Part shown: one piece after another, positions 24,136-33,657 of the stretch
Numbering within the stretch: position 1 is the first letter of the stretch
Layout: each line of letters opens with the position of its first letter
NCBI GenBank assembly: GCA_043798935.1
Contig: JAZDOC010000014.1
Coordinates: forward strand, 3,549 to 67,548
DNA from: Patescibacteria group bacterium
GTDB lineage: Bacteria; Patescibacteriota; Patescibacteriia; UBA9570; JAHJKD01
Direction: 5' to 3'
Length of the DNA: 64,000 bases
Made by a program: the position numbers and the translations under genes
The notes under the pieces: model-generated
Told to the model about the DNA's origin: nothing
Seen by the model: only the letters and a program-made list of their open reading frames with translations
The model's database searches: none

Positions 24136-25503
24136 ATGGGTAAAAAAATTCCGCAGGTTGCCATTGTAGGCCGAACCAACGCTGGTAAATCCACTTTATT
24201 TAATCGTTTATCAGAAACGCACAAAGCCATAGTTTCGTCTTTAGTCAACACCACTCGTGATCGCAATTTTGCCAATATCTATTGGCTAGACAAAGAGTTT
24301 ACTTTAGTTGATACAGGAGGGCTAGACACGGCTAAACAAGATCAACTCGGCCAGGAAATTCAAAAACAAGTAAAATTAGCTATCAATCAGGCCGATTTAA
24401 TTTTATTTATTGTTGACGGCACTGCCCCGCTTATGCCCCAGGATAAAACCATGGCAAAATTATTGTATAAAACTAAAAAGCCGGTTATCTTGGGAATAAA
24501 CAAAATTGATAACCGTAAAAAACAAAACGCTATTGATCCTGATTTTTTTCGTTTAAATTTTTCAAACATCGCAAAATTTTCAGCCATTAACGGCGCTCAA
24601 ACCGGAGATTTGCTGGATCTAATTACATCTAACTTACCAACTCAGAAAAAAAAGACGTCTGACAAAAAATTCCTAAATATTAAACTTGCCATTATTGGTC
24701 GACCAAATGTTGGAAAATCTTCATTAATCAACGCTATTTTAGGAGAAGAAAGAGTTATTACTTCTGATATTGCTCATACCACTCGTGATGTAAATGACAT
24801 TGATTTTTTCTATAAAGACACAAACTTTACACTGGTAGACACTGCCGGATTGCGACGTAAAAGTAAAGTTGGTCAATGGTCAAATAAACTGTTAGGTAAA
24901 ATAGAAAAAGAAGGTATCGGTAGTACAATTCGTTATATGGAAAAAGCCGACATCACTATTTTGGTGCTGGAAGCGCAAAAAACCGTTACCGCCCAAGATT
25001 TAGCGCTTGTCCAATTAGCTATGAACTATGATAAAAATTTAATCATAGTAATTAATAAATGGGACTTAATACCAGATAAAGATGAGGCCACTATAAATGA
25101 ATATACTAAATATTTTGATGCCAAAATTCCCTTCGTACGTTGGGTGCCTATGGTATTCACTTCGGCTTTAACTGGTCAGCGAGTTCGAAAAATTTTAGAC
25201 CTCGCTTTAGAAGTTTATAATTATGGTCAGAAAAAAATTCCCGCGCAAGAATTAAAAATATTACTTGATAATCTTACTTATCGCTTACAACCCAAACAGC
25301 ACCAAGTACTAACATTTGGTCAAGAAAAATCACCATTAAAACTTAAATGGTTAGAGCAAGTAAAAACCAGTCCTCATATTTTTAAATTAGTTACTCCCAC
25401 TCCAAAAAATGTACCGCCGGCCATTGTAAAAATACTGGAAAAAACTCTTCGCGAAAAATATGAATTTTTAGGTGTTCCAATCAAAATAGTAGTTTCAAAA
25501 TAA
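24136..25503 (+). CDS. der: ribosome-biogenesis GTPase Der (EngA)
   Basis: Two tandem G-domains (GRTNAGKSTLFNRL and GRPNVGKSSLINAIL) plus a KH-like C-terminus. Confidence 0.92.
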   Translation: MGKKIPQVAIVGRTNAGKSTLFNRLSETHKAIVSSLVNTTRDRNFANIYWLDKEFTLVDTGGLDTAKQDQLGQEIQKQVKLAINQADLILFIVDGTAPLMPQDKTMAKLLYKTKKPVILGINKIDNRKKQNAIDPDFFRLNFSNIAKFSAINGAQTGDLLDLITSNLPTQKKKTSDKKFLNIKLAIIGRPNVGKSSLINAILGEERVITSDIAHTTRDVNDIDFFYKDTNFTLVDTAGLRRKSKVGQWSNKLLGKIEKEGIGSTIRYMEKADITILVLEAQKTVTAQDLALVQLAMNYDKNLIIVINKWDLIPDKDEATINEYTKYFDAKIPFVRWVPMVFTSALTGQRVRKILDLALEVYNYGQKKIPAQELKILLDNLTYRLQPKQHQVLTFGQEKSPLKLKWLEQVKTSPHIFKLVTPTPKNVPPAIVKILEKTLREKYEFLGVPIKIVVSK

Positions 25504-25504
25504 T

Positions 25505-26044
25505 ATGCGCTTAATCGTCGGCTTGGGAAATCCGGGCACAAAATATCAAAACACTCGCCATAATATTGGTTTTATGGTTTTAGATAAATTATGTCAAAAT
25601 TTTAAAATAGTTAAAAAATATAACGCTTTGATTTATAAAGATAATAATGTAATTTTTCTAAAACCGCAATCATATATGAATAATTCGGGTCAAGCCGTGA
25701 GCCAAGTAGCTGCTTATTACAAAATAGAACCAAAAAATATTTATGTAATTTACGATGATAAAGATCTGCCTTTTGGAAAACTACGTATTCGAACTAACGG
25801 ATCAGCCGGTGGGCACAATGGCATCAAATCTATTATTGCTAATTTAAATTCTCAAAATTTTGTTCGCTTTCGAATTGGTATTAAAAATGAGGATACATCA
25901 AATGTTGATACGGCCGATTTTGTTTTAAGTAAATTTACATCTTCAGAAAAAAACTCTCTTAATCATGTATTAATTGCTGTTATCGAAGCAGTTGAATTGG
26001 CAATTGTAAAAGGAGTGCAAAAAGCCATGAACAATTTCAATTAA
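25505..26044 (+). CDS. pth: peptidyl-tRNA hydrolase
   Basis: MRLIVGLGNPGTKYQNTRHNIGFMVLD is the canonical Pth N-terminus. Confidence 0.92.
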   Translation: MRLIVGLGNPGTKYQNTRHNIGFMVLDKLCQNFKIVKKYNALIYKDNNVIFLKPQSYMNNSGQAVSQVAAYYKIEPKNIYVIYDDKDLPFGKLRIRTNGSAGGHNGIKSIIANLNSQNFVRFRIGIKNEDTSNVDTADFVLSKFTSSEKNSLNHVLIAVIEAVELAIVKGVQKAMNNFN

Positions 26045-26421
26045 ACGAGAAAGACCCACTAAATTAATAATGGGTCTTTATGCAAAAAAAGCACTCGGAG
26101 CCGTATTTGTTATTCTCGCACGGTTTAGGAGGAAAAATTAAACCGACAATTTTTACAAATAGGCCTTCAAAGGCTTTTTTTAATGTTCAATATGCCGCTG
26201 ATAAGCGGACAAGTTTTTGGTTATCCCAAAAACATCCTTTATGCTACTAGATGCGACCAGGAGGGGTAGTCACTTCGTTCACACTTACCAGCAACATATT
26301 GAACATTATCTATTTTTCAAGAGCCGCAACATTTTATCATTAATTAAATAAAAGTCAAGCCTCTTTGTGGAAAGAGAATTTTTGCTCAAACTAGCTAATT
26401 TTTATTGTTTTAATTCGGTTT

Positions 26422-26454
26422 CAAAAGCCCGCGCCCATAAAGGGCGGGGCTTTT
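26422..26454. terminator. GC-rich bidirectional terminator hairpin (copy 1 of a conserved motif)
   Basis: Sequence aaaaGCCCGCGCCCataaaGGGCGGGGCtttt. Near-identical copies occur at 40590-40620 and 60817-60852. Confidence 0.7.
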
Positions 26455-26477
26455 ATCTATTATTATATATAAAGCCT

Positions 26478-27101
26478 TTAATGCACATTTTCAGGCTCGC
26501 TGACTACATTTTTTGGATCCAAAAAATCGTTATTTATTGTTAGATTTATGTAAGTTTTTTCTAAATCAATATCAGGCCATATTTTTACACTAAGTTCACC
26601 CTGTCCGCCATCAGCTGAAAATAATATTAAACTAGTTTCTATTTGATCTGCGTTTTCACCAGCTAAATTTTTAATTTCTTTAACATCCTCCCCCATTTGA
26701 TCTTTATAGTATATGAGTACCGCTGTTTCCGAATCGGTTGTTGATAATAGAGCTGATGATAAATTCGTATCAGCAATAGAAAAAATCTTTTTCTCTAACA
26801 GTACGCCCGGATAATTATTTAAACCAAATTTATCGGCCACTTGTTGTTTTTGTTCTGAAAAAATTTCATTATTGCTTACATTGGTATTGGCACTACTGGC
26901 TACAGTATTAGCATCTGTCGCGACTATCTGGCTGGCCATGTTATCCATGTTATCTTGAATTTGTTTTTCTAGAGCTTCAGTTGTTTCTATCCCTTGAACT
27001 AATGTTTTTTCCGGACTTACTTTTTGTTTTATACCAAGTACAGCTGCGCTAAAAACAACAAGCAATAATATTGCAAATAATAAATAAGTTCTAAATGACA
27101 T
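26478..27101 (-). CDS. hypothetical secreted/membrane-anchored protein
   Basis: 207 aa with an N-terminal hydrophobic segment YLLFAILLLVVFSAAVLG. No recognisable domain. Confidence 0.5.
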   Translation of the reverse strand: MSFRTYLLFAILLLVVFSAAVLGIKQKVSPEKTLVQGIETTEALEKQIQDNMDNMASQIVATDANTVASSANTNVSNNEIFSEQKQQVADKFGLNNYPGVLLEKKIFSIADTNLSSALLSTTDSETAVLIYYKDQMGEDVKEIKNLAGENADQIETSLILFSADGGQGELSVKIWPDIDLEKTYINLTINNDFLDPKNVVSEPENVH

Positions 27102-27118
27102 AAATTTTATTTAATTGA

Positions 27119-27655
27119 TTAATCTTTATTTAGTAATGCCTTTACTATAGCAGAGCCAAATTTATAAGCTGCTTTGGGACCATTGGCGGTAATAATGTCA
27201 CCATCGATAATCACTTCTTGGTCCGTATATTCTGCGCCGTTTGCAACCAAATCATTAATAGCCTGTTCATCTGCAAAAACTGTAGCTTTTTTTCCACGGA
27301 GCAAATTAGCTTTTGCCAGAATTACAGGTGCAATACAAATTGCTGAAATTAATTTGTGATATTGATTAAAATTAATAGCTAATTTATAAAATCTTTCATC
27401 ATCAGTAATTTGGGCCATGGATGATCCGCCCACAAAAACCACGCCATCATATTCTTCTACATTTTCAGTATATTCTAATAAATCGCTAACTACAACATCA
27501 ACATTAGTTGATCGGCCATTAGTGCCACTAGCCCCACCAGCCTCAAGCGCACCAGTAACAACCTGGATACTATTACTTTCTAGTATTTCTTTAGTAATGA
27601 AATATTCATCTTCATTAAAACCGTCATTAGCCACTATCAATAATATTTTAGCCAT
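27119..27655 (-). CDS. DJ-1/PfpI family protein
   Basis: MAKILLIVANDGFNEDEY...SAICIAPVILAKANLL, with the nucleophile-elbow Cys context typical of DJ-1/PfpI. Confidence 0.8.
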   Translation of the reverse strand: MAKILLIVANDGFNEDEYFITKEILESNSIQVVTGALEAGGASGTNGRSTNVDVVVSDLLEYTENVEEYDGVVFVGGSSMAQITDDERFYKLAINFNQYHKLISAICIAPVILAKANLLRGKKATVFADEQAINDLVANGAEYTDQEVIIDGDIITANGPKAAYKFGSAIVKALLNKD

Positions 27656-27685
27656 AAAAATTTATTATTAATCTTATTTTATAAA

Positions 27686-30391
27686 TTAAACTCGTTTCTT
27701 TTTTAAAAATAAATATTTTATTAATTCAATAAAAAATACAACAAAAAAACTCAGCATTAGAACAACAATCCAATCAAATATTTCTAAAGGTTTTGTTTTA
27801 ACAATTTCTTGTAAAAAAGGAATGTAAATTGCGGCTAATAAAAATAAAAAGCTTACAAATACTGCACCAACTAAATATTTATTAATAAATAAATTATATT
27901 TAAAAATTGAGCGCCTCATAGTTCTAACGCTAAAAATATATAATAAAGAATCAGTTGCGCCAGCTGCAAAAACAACTGTTCGAGCTAATATTATATCACC
28001 ACTTAATTTGTAATATATATAAAATAAGATTATACCGGCAACTCCGGTTATTCCGCTAATAACAAAAATTAACGTTTTTATTTCGCGATCTAAAATTTGA
28101 CCTTTACGTCCTCGAGGGGACTCTTGCATAACTTCTAACTCTCGAGGTTCCTGAGTCAATGCCAAACTGGGCAATGTATCGTTAACTAAATTAATCCATA
28201 AAATCTGAGCAGCAGTCATCGGAATAGGTAAATTAAACAACATACTTCCCAATACTAATATTACCTCTGAAAAACTATCGGAAATTAAATATAAAACTGT
28301 TTTCTTTATATTATCAAATATTCCTCTACCTTCCTCTACGGCTCCAACAATAGATTTAAAATGATCATCTAGAATAACCATGTCAGCGGTTTCTTTGGCT
28401 ACTTGTGTACCCGAACCCAAAACCACTCCAATATCAGCCGCTTTTAAAGCCGGTGAGTCATTAATGCCATCACCGGTCATAGCCACTACTTCGCCTTTTT
28501 TTTGCCACGCTTTTACAATTCTTAGCTTATGTTCAGGTGAAACGCGAGCATAAACTGATATCTTTTGCACGCATTTAACCAATTGCTCGTCTGTCATTTT
28601 ATCTAAATCACTACCTTCAATAATATTGTCGGTATGAGATGGCATTTTTAAATCTTTAGCAATAGCCCGTGCCGTTAGTTTATGATCGCCCGTTATCATG
28701 ACAACTTTAATACCAGCGTTCTGACATAATCTAACTGTTTCTTTTGATGTTGTTCGTAAGGGATCTTTAATACCAATGTATCCGATAAAAGTTAAATCAT
28801 CTAAGCTTTCACTTTTTAGATTAACAGTTTTTTTAGAAACTTTTTTATAAGCGATGCCGATAACCCGTAACCCTTGATTGCTCAAATTAATAAATTCTTG
28901 TTGAAATTTATTCTTCTTCTCGACATCAAATAATTCTTCAGCATTACCAATTCTTAAATTTTGCGACCTCTCCAAAACTTTTTCCGGCGCGCCTTTAAAA
29001 TAAATAATATTATTTTTTTCATCACACTCATGTAAGGTTGCCATATATTTAATGGTCGAATCAAAAGGTACAGCATCTAAACGAATGTTATTTTTTTTCT
29101 CTTTTTGATAGTTTAAACCAGCTTGAACAGCGGCCATTACTAATGCTTTTTCCGTAAGGTTTCCAGAAATAACCCACTCATTAATATCGTCGTCAATATT
29201 GTCGATTCTGGCATCATTGCATAATAAACCAGCGTGCAAAGCAAACATTAATTCTTCATTTTTCTTATCACGACAATCTTTCTCTTTTAGACAAGCTACG
29301 TTAAAATCATTATCCCAAGTGACAATTTGTGTAACTTGCATTTTTCCTTCAGTTAAAGTACCGGTCTTATCTGTACAAATTACAGTGGTTGAACCAAGTG
29401 TTTCGGCTGAAACTAATTTTCTTACTAATGCTTTTTGCTTTAATATTCGTTGCATGCCAAGCGCTAATATTACGGTTACAGAAACTGCCAGCCCTTCCGG
29501 CAGCGCCGAAACTGCCACGGCCACGGCCACGGTAAATATTTCAATAAACGGATCGCCCTGCAAATAGCCAACAATTACTAATAACAAAGCAATAAAAATT
29601 ATTAGCACGCCAATTTTTTTAGAAAACTGATCCAATTTTTGTTGTAATGGCGTTTCTTCGTCTTTGGTTTCTTTAATTAATTTGGCAATATGACCAATCC
29701 CTGTTTGCGCACCTGTAGCGGTAATAATTGCTTTTCCTTCACCTTTTGTAACCGTGGTGCCGGTAAACATCATATTAATTCGGTCGCCAATACCTAATTC
29801 CAATTCTAATTTATCAGTAATTTTTTTGACTGGCTCGCTCTCGCCTGTTAATGCGGCTTCATTTATTTCTAGATCTATAGCTTCAATTAACCTAGCGTCA
29901 GCTGGAATTTTATCCCCTGTCTGAACAATAATAATATCTCCCGGAACTAATTCCAAAGCGTTGATTACTCGCTCCTTACCGTTTCTAATAATACGTGCTT
30001 GAAGAGAAATAATTTGTTTTAAAGCTTGTAAAGACTTCTGAGCTTTACCTTCCTGAACATAACCAACTATAACATTTACTAATACTGCCAATAGAATTAT
30101 GTAAGTATCAGCTTGTAATTGTGGATAAAAAGTAATGTTGCCATGTTCATGACAAACCAATGCAAAATTTATTACCGCCGCAATTAATAATATATATATT
30201 AATACACTTTTAAACTGAGCTATTAGAATAGTAAAAGCTGATGTAGGCTTTTCTTCCGGTAGTTTATTTAAACCAAAAAGAGACAATTTATTCTTTGCCT
30301 CAGATTCATCTAGACCAGTATGATCTATACTAAAATATTTTAATGTATCCTTTACTGAAAGATTAAAAAAACATTGTTTTTTATCTGGCAT
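27686..30391 (-). CDS. cation-transporting P-type ATPase, type IIA/IIB (Ca2+-like)
   Basis: Phosphorylation motif ICTDKTGTLT, hinge MTGDGINDSPALKAADIG, about 10 TM helices, 901 aa. Confidence 0.9.
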   Translation of the reverse strand: MPDKKQCFFNLSVKDTLKYFSIDHTGLDESEAKNKLSLFGLNKLPEEKPTSAFTILIAQFKSVLIYILLIAAVINFALVCHEHGNITFYPQLQADTYIILLAVLVNVIVGYVQEGKAQKSLQALKQIISLQARIIRNGKERVINALELVPGDIIIVQTGDKIPADARLIEAIDLEINEAALTGESEPVKKITDKLELELGIGDRINMMFTGTTVTKGEGKAIITATGAQTGIGHIAKLIKETKDEETPLQQKLDQFSKKIGVLIIFIALLLVIVGYLQGDPFIEIFTVAVAVAVSALPEGLAVSVTVILALGMQRILKQKALVRKLVSAETLGSTTVICTDKTGTLTEGKMQVTQIVTWDNDFNVACLKEKDCRDKKNEELMFALHAGLLCNDARIDNIDDDINEWVISGNLTEKALVMAAVQAGLNYQKEKKNNIRLDAVPFDSTIKYMATLHECDEKNNIIYFKGAPEKVLERSQNLRIGNAEELFDVEKKNKFQQEFINLSNQGLRVIGIAYKKVSKKTVNLKSESLDDLTFIGYIGIKDPLRTTSKETVRLCQNAGIKVVMITGDHKLTARAIAKDLKMPSHTDNIIEGSDLDKMTDEQLVKCVQKISVYARVSPEHKLRIVKAWQKKGEVVAMTGDGINDSPALKAADIGVVLGSGTQVAKETADMVILDDHFKSIVGAVEEGRGIFDNIKKTVLYLISDSFSEVILVLGSMLFNLPIPMTAAQILWINLVNDTLPSLALTQEPRELEVMQESPRGRKGQILDREIKTLIFVISGITGVAGIILFYIYYKLSGDIILARTVVFAAGATDSLLYIFSVRTMRRSIFKYNLFINKYLVGAVFVSFLFLLAAIYIPFLQEIVKTKPLEIFDWIVVLMLSFFVVFFIELIKYLFLKKKRV

Positions 30392-30433
30392 ATTACTTAT
30401 ATTTTAACAATTTTTCGTATTAATTGCAACTGG

Positions 30434-30604
30434 CTAAAACCAAGCACTTAGTGTACCTTTAATAAAAATTGCTAAAAACAAAACATATACTAGAACTAAC
30501 CCCGCTAGTATTACGATAGCCAACCCTAAAGAACCAAATGCTTTCACTAATAAATCCATTAGCTCTTGAAAAATTATTTTTAAACTTCGATTTTTTTTTA
30601 TCAT
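30434..30604 (-). CDS. unannotated small membrane peptide (56 aa) between the histidine kinase and the P-type ATPase
   Basis: Manual translation: MIKKNRSLKIIFQELMDLLVKAFGSLGLAIVILAGLVLVYVLFLAIFIKGTLSAWF. One strongly hydrophobic helix. The start is 8 nt after the kinase stop and the stop is 43 nt before the ATPase ATG. Confidence 0.5.
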   Translation of the reverse strand: MIKKNRSLKIIFQELMDLLVKAFGSLGLAIVILAGLVLVYVLFLAIFIKGTLSAWF

Positions 30605-30611
30605 ATTATTA

Positions 30612-32834
30612 TTATTTTGCTATAGGTAAATAAATTATAAAAGTTGAGCCCCTGCCTTTGCCACCACTAATTACTTCTATCTTTCCGCCCAGTGACTCCA
30701 AAACTCCTTTGGCAATAAACAATCCCAAGCCCGATCCATTCGGATAAAGTCGGACAGCTTTTTCACCCCGTTTAAACCTTTCAAATAACACTTTTTCATC
30801 TTCAGTTGTAAGACCAATGCCTTCATCAATAACTTTTAACCAAACATAATTATTCTCGGTACCTAGCATAACTTTAATTTCTCCAGCCAGCGAATAATTA
30901 ATGGCATTATCAATTAAATTATCAACGATGTCTTCTATTTTATGTTTACTGCCTAAAACACGTGGCAGTTCTTGTTTGGGCTCAAAAAAAGTAAGCTGTA
31001 AATTCTTTTTATTGGCCGCTGATTTTTTAAGTTGTGCAGAATTTTTAGTAATAGTGTATAAATCGATAGATTCAGTAGTTACGGATAATGGGCCGCCTTC
31101 TAATTCTGAAGCGCTTAACATTTCATGAACTATTCTCTCTAATCTATTTATACTTGCATAAGCTTGATCAATAAATTCTTTTCTTTGCGCGGGTGTTAAA
31201 TTTTCTTCTTCTTCGCTTAACATAGAAAGCATGCCTCGGACAATACTGGTGGGAGTTCGCAACTGATGCGAAGCCACAGTTAAAAATTCCGATTTCATCT
31301 TTAACAAACCTTCCAACTCTTTATTTTTTGATCGCAATTCTAAAGTGGCATCATTAACTTCTTTTTGCAATGATTTATTAAAGTTTTCCAGTTTTTCCTG
31401 AGCATCTTTTACTTGCTGATATAAAACCGCATTAGATATAGCTACTGAAGATTGATTCGATAATGCTTCTAATAATTCTATATCTTCCTGCGTATATGCT
31501 TCATTGGAAATTTTATTTCCTAAAATAATTATTCCTAATAATTTTTTTTGTAAAAATAACGGTAAACATACTTCAGCCTGTATTTTTTTTAAATATTGCC
31601 GTAAATCATGAAACGCTTGTTTTGGCTCGTGGTTATTTTCATCGCGCAACATTAAAGTGATTTCTTCGTATACTAAAGCTTTTCGATTATTATTAAAATA
31701 ATTAGTTAAAAAATCATTTTTCAAAAGCGCTTCCCCACTCAAAGAATCAAAGCCGATATTGTTTGAAACATTATAAACTTGGGCCGACGCGTCAGGGTGA
31801 TGCTGACTGATAAGAATCATGCCGGCACGATTTAAACCAATGCTTTTCATCAAGGTGTCTATAATTACATCGGCCAGCTCTTCCAGTTCAATAATTTTTG
31901 TGGTTTCAGAACTTAATCTGCGTAAAGCTTCTTGATATGAATAAATATGATTATATAAATAAACATCAGCAATTTTTTTAACAAAATTTCGAACCGGTTG
32001 AAAACTTGCCACCGTAATAATTAAAATTAATATTTCCGCAATTACGTCGGGCAATATTAATTTTAAAAAATTATTTGCAATATACACCATCACCATACCA
32101 GCAATTAAAACTATATTAAGAGCCACCACATAAACTAAAGTATTTTTTAACAGCAAACGAATATCCATTAAACGATAATGAGTAATGGCATAAGCTACAA
32201 TCAGTATCATGATTAAAATAAATATGGGCCCGACCCAAATATACGAGTAATTCCCAAACATGGGCATAATCACATTAAATGGTAAAGCCAATGATGCCGG
32301 TATGCCAATCGCCAACAAAATATATACTAATTGCATCTTACCTAATCGATCAGAATTTTTATAATTTCTTAATAAATTAATAAATCCCCAAGCAATAAAT
32401 ACACCAAACCACACCGACCAAATATAATAAGCTAAACTCAAATTTACACCATTACCAAAATTATTTAATAAAATTTTATCAATAAAACTATTACCCATAA
32501 ATAAACTGAGTGCGATAATAATAAAACTTAAGAAAATAATATTCTTTATTATCGGGCTTACTTTATTTTTATAATTTGGAAAAATTTTTGAAAAAAATAA
32601 AAAAGCACAGGGAAAAATAGAACCGCCAAGATATATTATACGATCCCAAAATAATGCTTCACTAACAGTAGTAGACATACGAAACATGAAAATTGCAAAC
32701 GGCCAAATCGACGCCGAAAGAGTGATGAAGCTAAAAGAAACGTTTACTGGATTGGTTTTATTGTTTAAAAAAATAACCGTGGTTATATAAAGACCAATAA
32801 CTGTTAAGACTAATAATATCAAACTGATTATCAT
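30612..32834 (-). CDS. sensor histidine kinase with large multi-TM N-terminal sensor region
   Basis: HisKA-like LTVASHQLRTPTSIV and HATPase_c GSGLGLFIAKGVLESLGG, preceded by about 10 TM helices and a GAF-like linker. Confidence 0.88.
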   Translation of the reverse strand: MIISLILLVLTVIGLYITTVIFLNNKTNPVNVSFSFITLSASIWPFAIFMFRMSTTVSEALFWDRIIYLGGSIFPCAFLFFSKIFPNYKNKVSPIIKNIIFLSFIIIALSLFMGNSFIDKILLNNFGNGVNLSLAYYIWSVWFGVFIAWGFINLLRNYKNSDRLGKMQLVYILLAIGIPASLALPFNVIMPMFGNYSYIWVGPIFILIMILIVAYAITHYRLMDIRLLLKNTLVYVVALNIVLIAGMVMVYIANNFLKLILPDVIAEILILIITVASFQPVRNFVKKIADVYLYNHIYSYQEALRRLSSETTKIIELEELADVIIDTLMKSIGLNRAGMILISQHHPDASAQVYNVSNNIGFDSLSGEALLKNDFLTNYFNNNRKALVYEEITLMLRDENNHEPKQAFHDLRQYLKKIQAEVCLPLFLQKKLLGIIILGNKISNEAYTQEDIELLEALSNQSSVAISNAVLYQQVKDAQEKLENFNKSLQKEVNDATLELRSKNKELEGLLKMKSEFLTVASHQLRTPTSIVRGMLSMLSEEEENLTPAQRKEFIDQAYASINRLERIVHEMLSASELEGGPLSVTTESIDLYTITKNSAQLKKSAANKKNLQLTFFEPKQELPRVLGSKHKIEDIVDNLIDNAINYSLAGEIKVMLGTENNYVWLKVIDEGIGLTTEDEKVLFERFKRGEKAVRLYPNGSGLGLFIAKGVLESLGGKIEVISGGKGRGSTFIIYLPIAK

Positions 32835-33649
32835 AATTTTTCGGCCACGATAGTTATGGAATTATTAAACAGCGTCATTTCTTTTCTTATTATCTTAAAC
32901 CCATTTTGGCTAATTACATTATTTAATTCTTCAACCGTATAATTTGGAAAAAATAATTTTATTTCTTTACCAAAAGAAATAGCTTTTCTAACAACGCCAA
33001 GAATTTTTAAAACATTTAAAAAACTCATTTTCTTCCGTAATGACGGCATGTCTGATTTGGCATGCAGCGAAGCGATAATCAACTTCCCGCCCGGTTTTAA
33101 TACCCGTTTAATTTCAGGGAGCACCTTTTTTTCTAAATCCTCGCGTGTACAATAAGTAATACCCCAATTAGAATAAACTTTATCGGCCGTGTTATCTGAT
33201 ATCGGAAAAGTCTTGACCACATCGTGATAAATTAAATGAACCTGATCAGTATCAGCTTTTTCGCCCAGCACTTCCCTCGCTTGCAACAACATTCCTTTGG
33301 CGTATTCCAGACCGATTACTTTTTTTACTCGTGGTTGCTCATCAATAATTTTTTTAATGATGCGTCCGTAACCACTGCCCAGGTCAATTATGGTTTCATT
33401 CGGTTGTGGGTTAATCACTCCAACAAAATGATCAATATGCTCGGGCACAAATGGCAGTTTAGGAAAAAAGTAAGTATAGAAGTTAGCGTACTCATGCCAA
33501 AAATTTTGTTGCTCAGAATATATGTATTGCATTACTTCGTCTTTTTCATCTTGAGAAAAATCCTTTATTAAATTAATGGCTTGATTACAAGAAATGGTTT
33601 TTCCAAAATCATTAATTATATTTTTAATGTTTGCTTTGTTGTTAGACAT
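32831..33649 (-). CDS. class I SAM-dependent methyltransferase
   Basis: Motif I IIDLGSGYGRI. The stop overlaps the kinase start (ATGA). Confidence 0.8.
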   Translation of the reverse strand: MSNNKANIKNIINDFGKTISCNQAINLIKDFSQDEKDEVMQYIYSEQQNFWHEYANFYTYFFPKLPFVPEHIDHFVGVINPQPNETIIDLGSGYGRIIKKIIDEQPRVKKVIGLEYAKGMLLQAREVLGEKADTDQVHLIYHDVVKTFPISDNTADKVYSNWGITYCTREDLEKKVLPEIKRVLKPGGKLIIASLHAKSDMPSLRKKMSFLNVLKILGVVRKAISFGKEIKLFFPNYTVEELNNVISQNGFKIIRKEMTLFNNSITIVAEKL

Positions 33650-33657
33650 AATAAAAT

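Noticed and set aside
26045-26477. tmRNA, RNase P RNA, SRP RNA or 6S RNA in the long pth-downstream interval
   Set aside because: No tRNA-like 3' end (GGTTCGAATCC…CCA), no RNase P P4/CR-V motifs (AGGAAAGTCCGGGC, ACAGAA.CCGGCTTA) and no SRP domain IV motif were visible. It is kept only as an unassigned candidate sRNA region.
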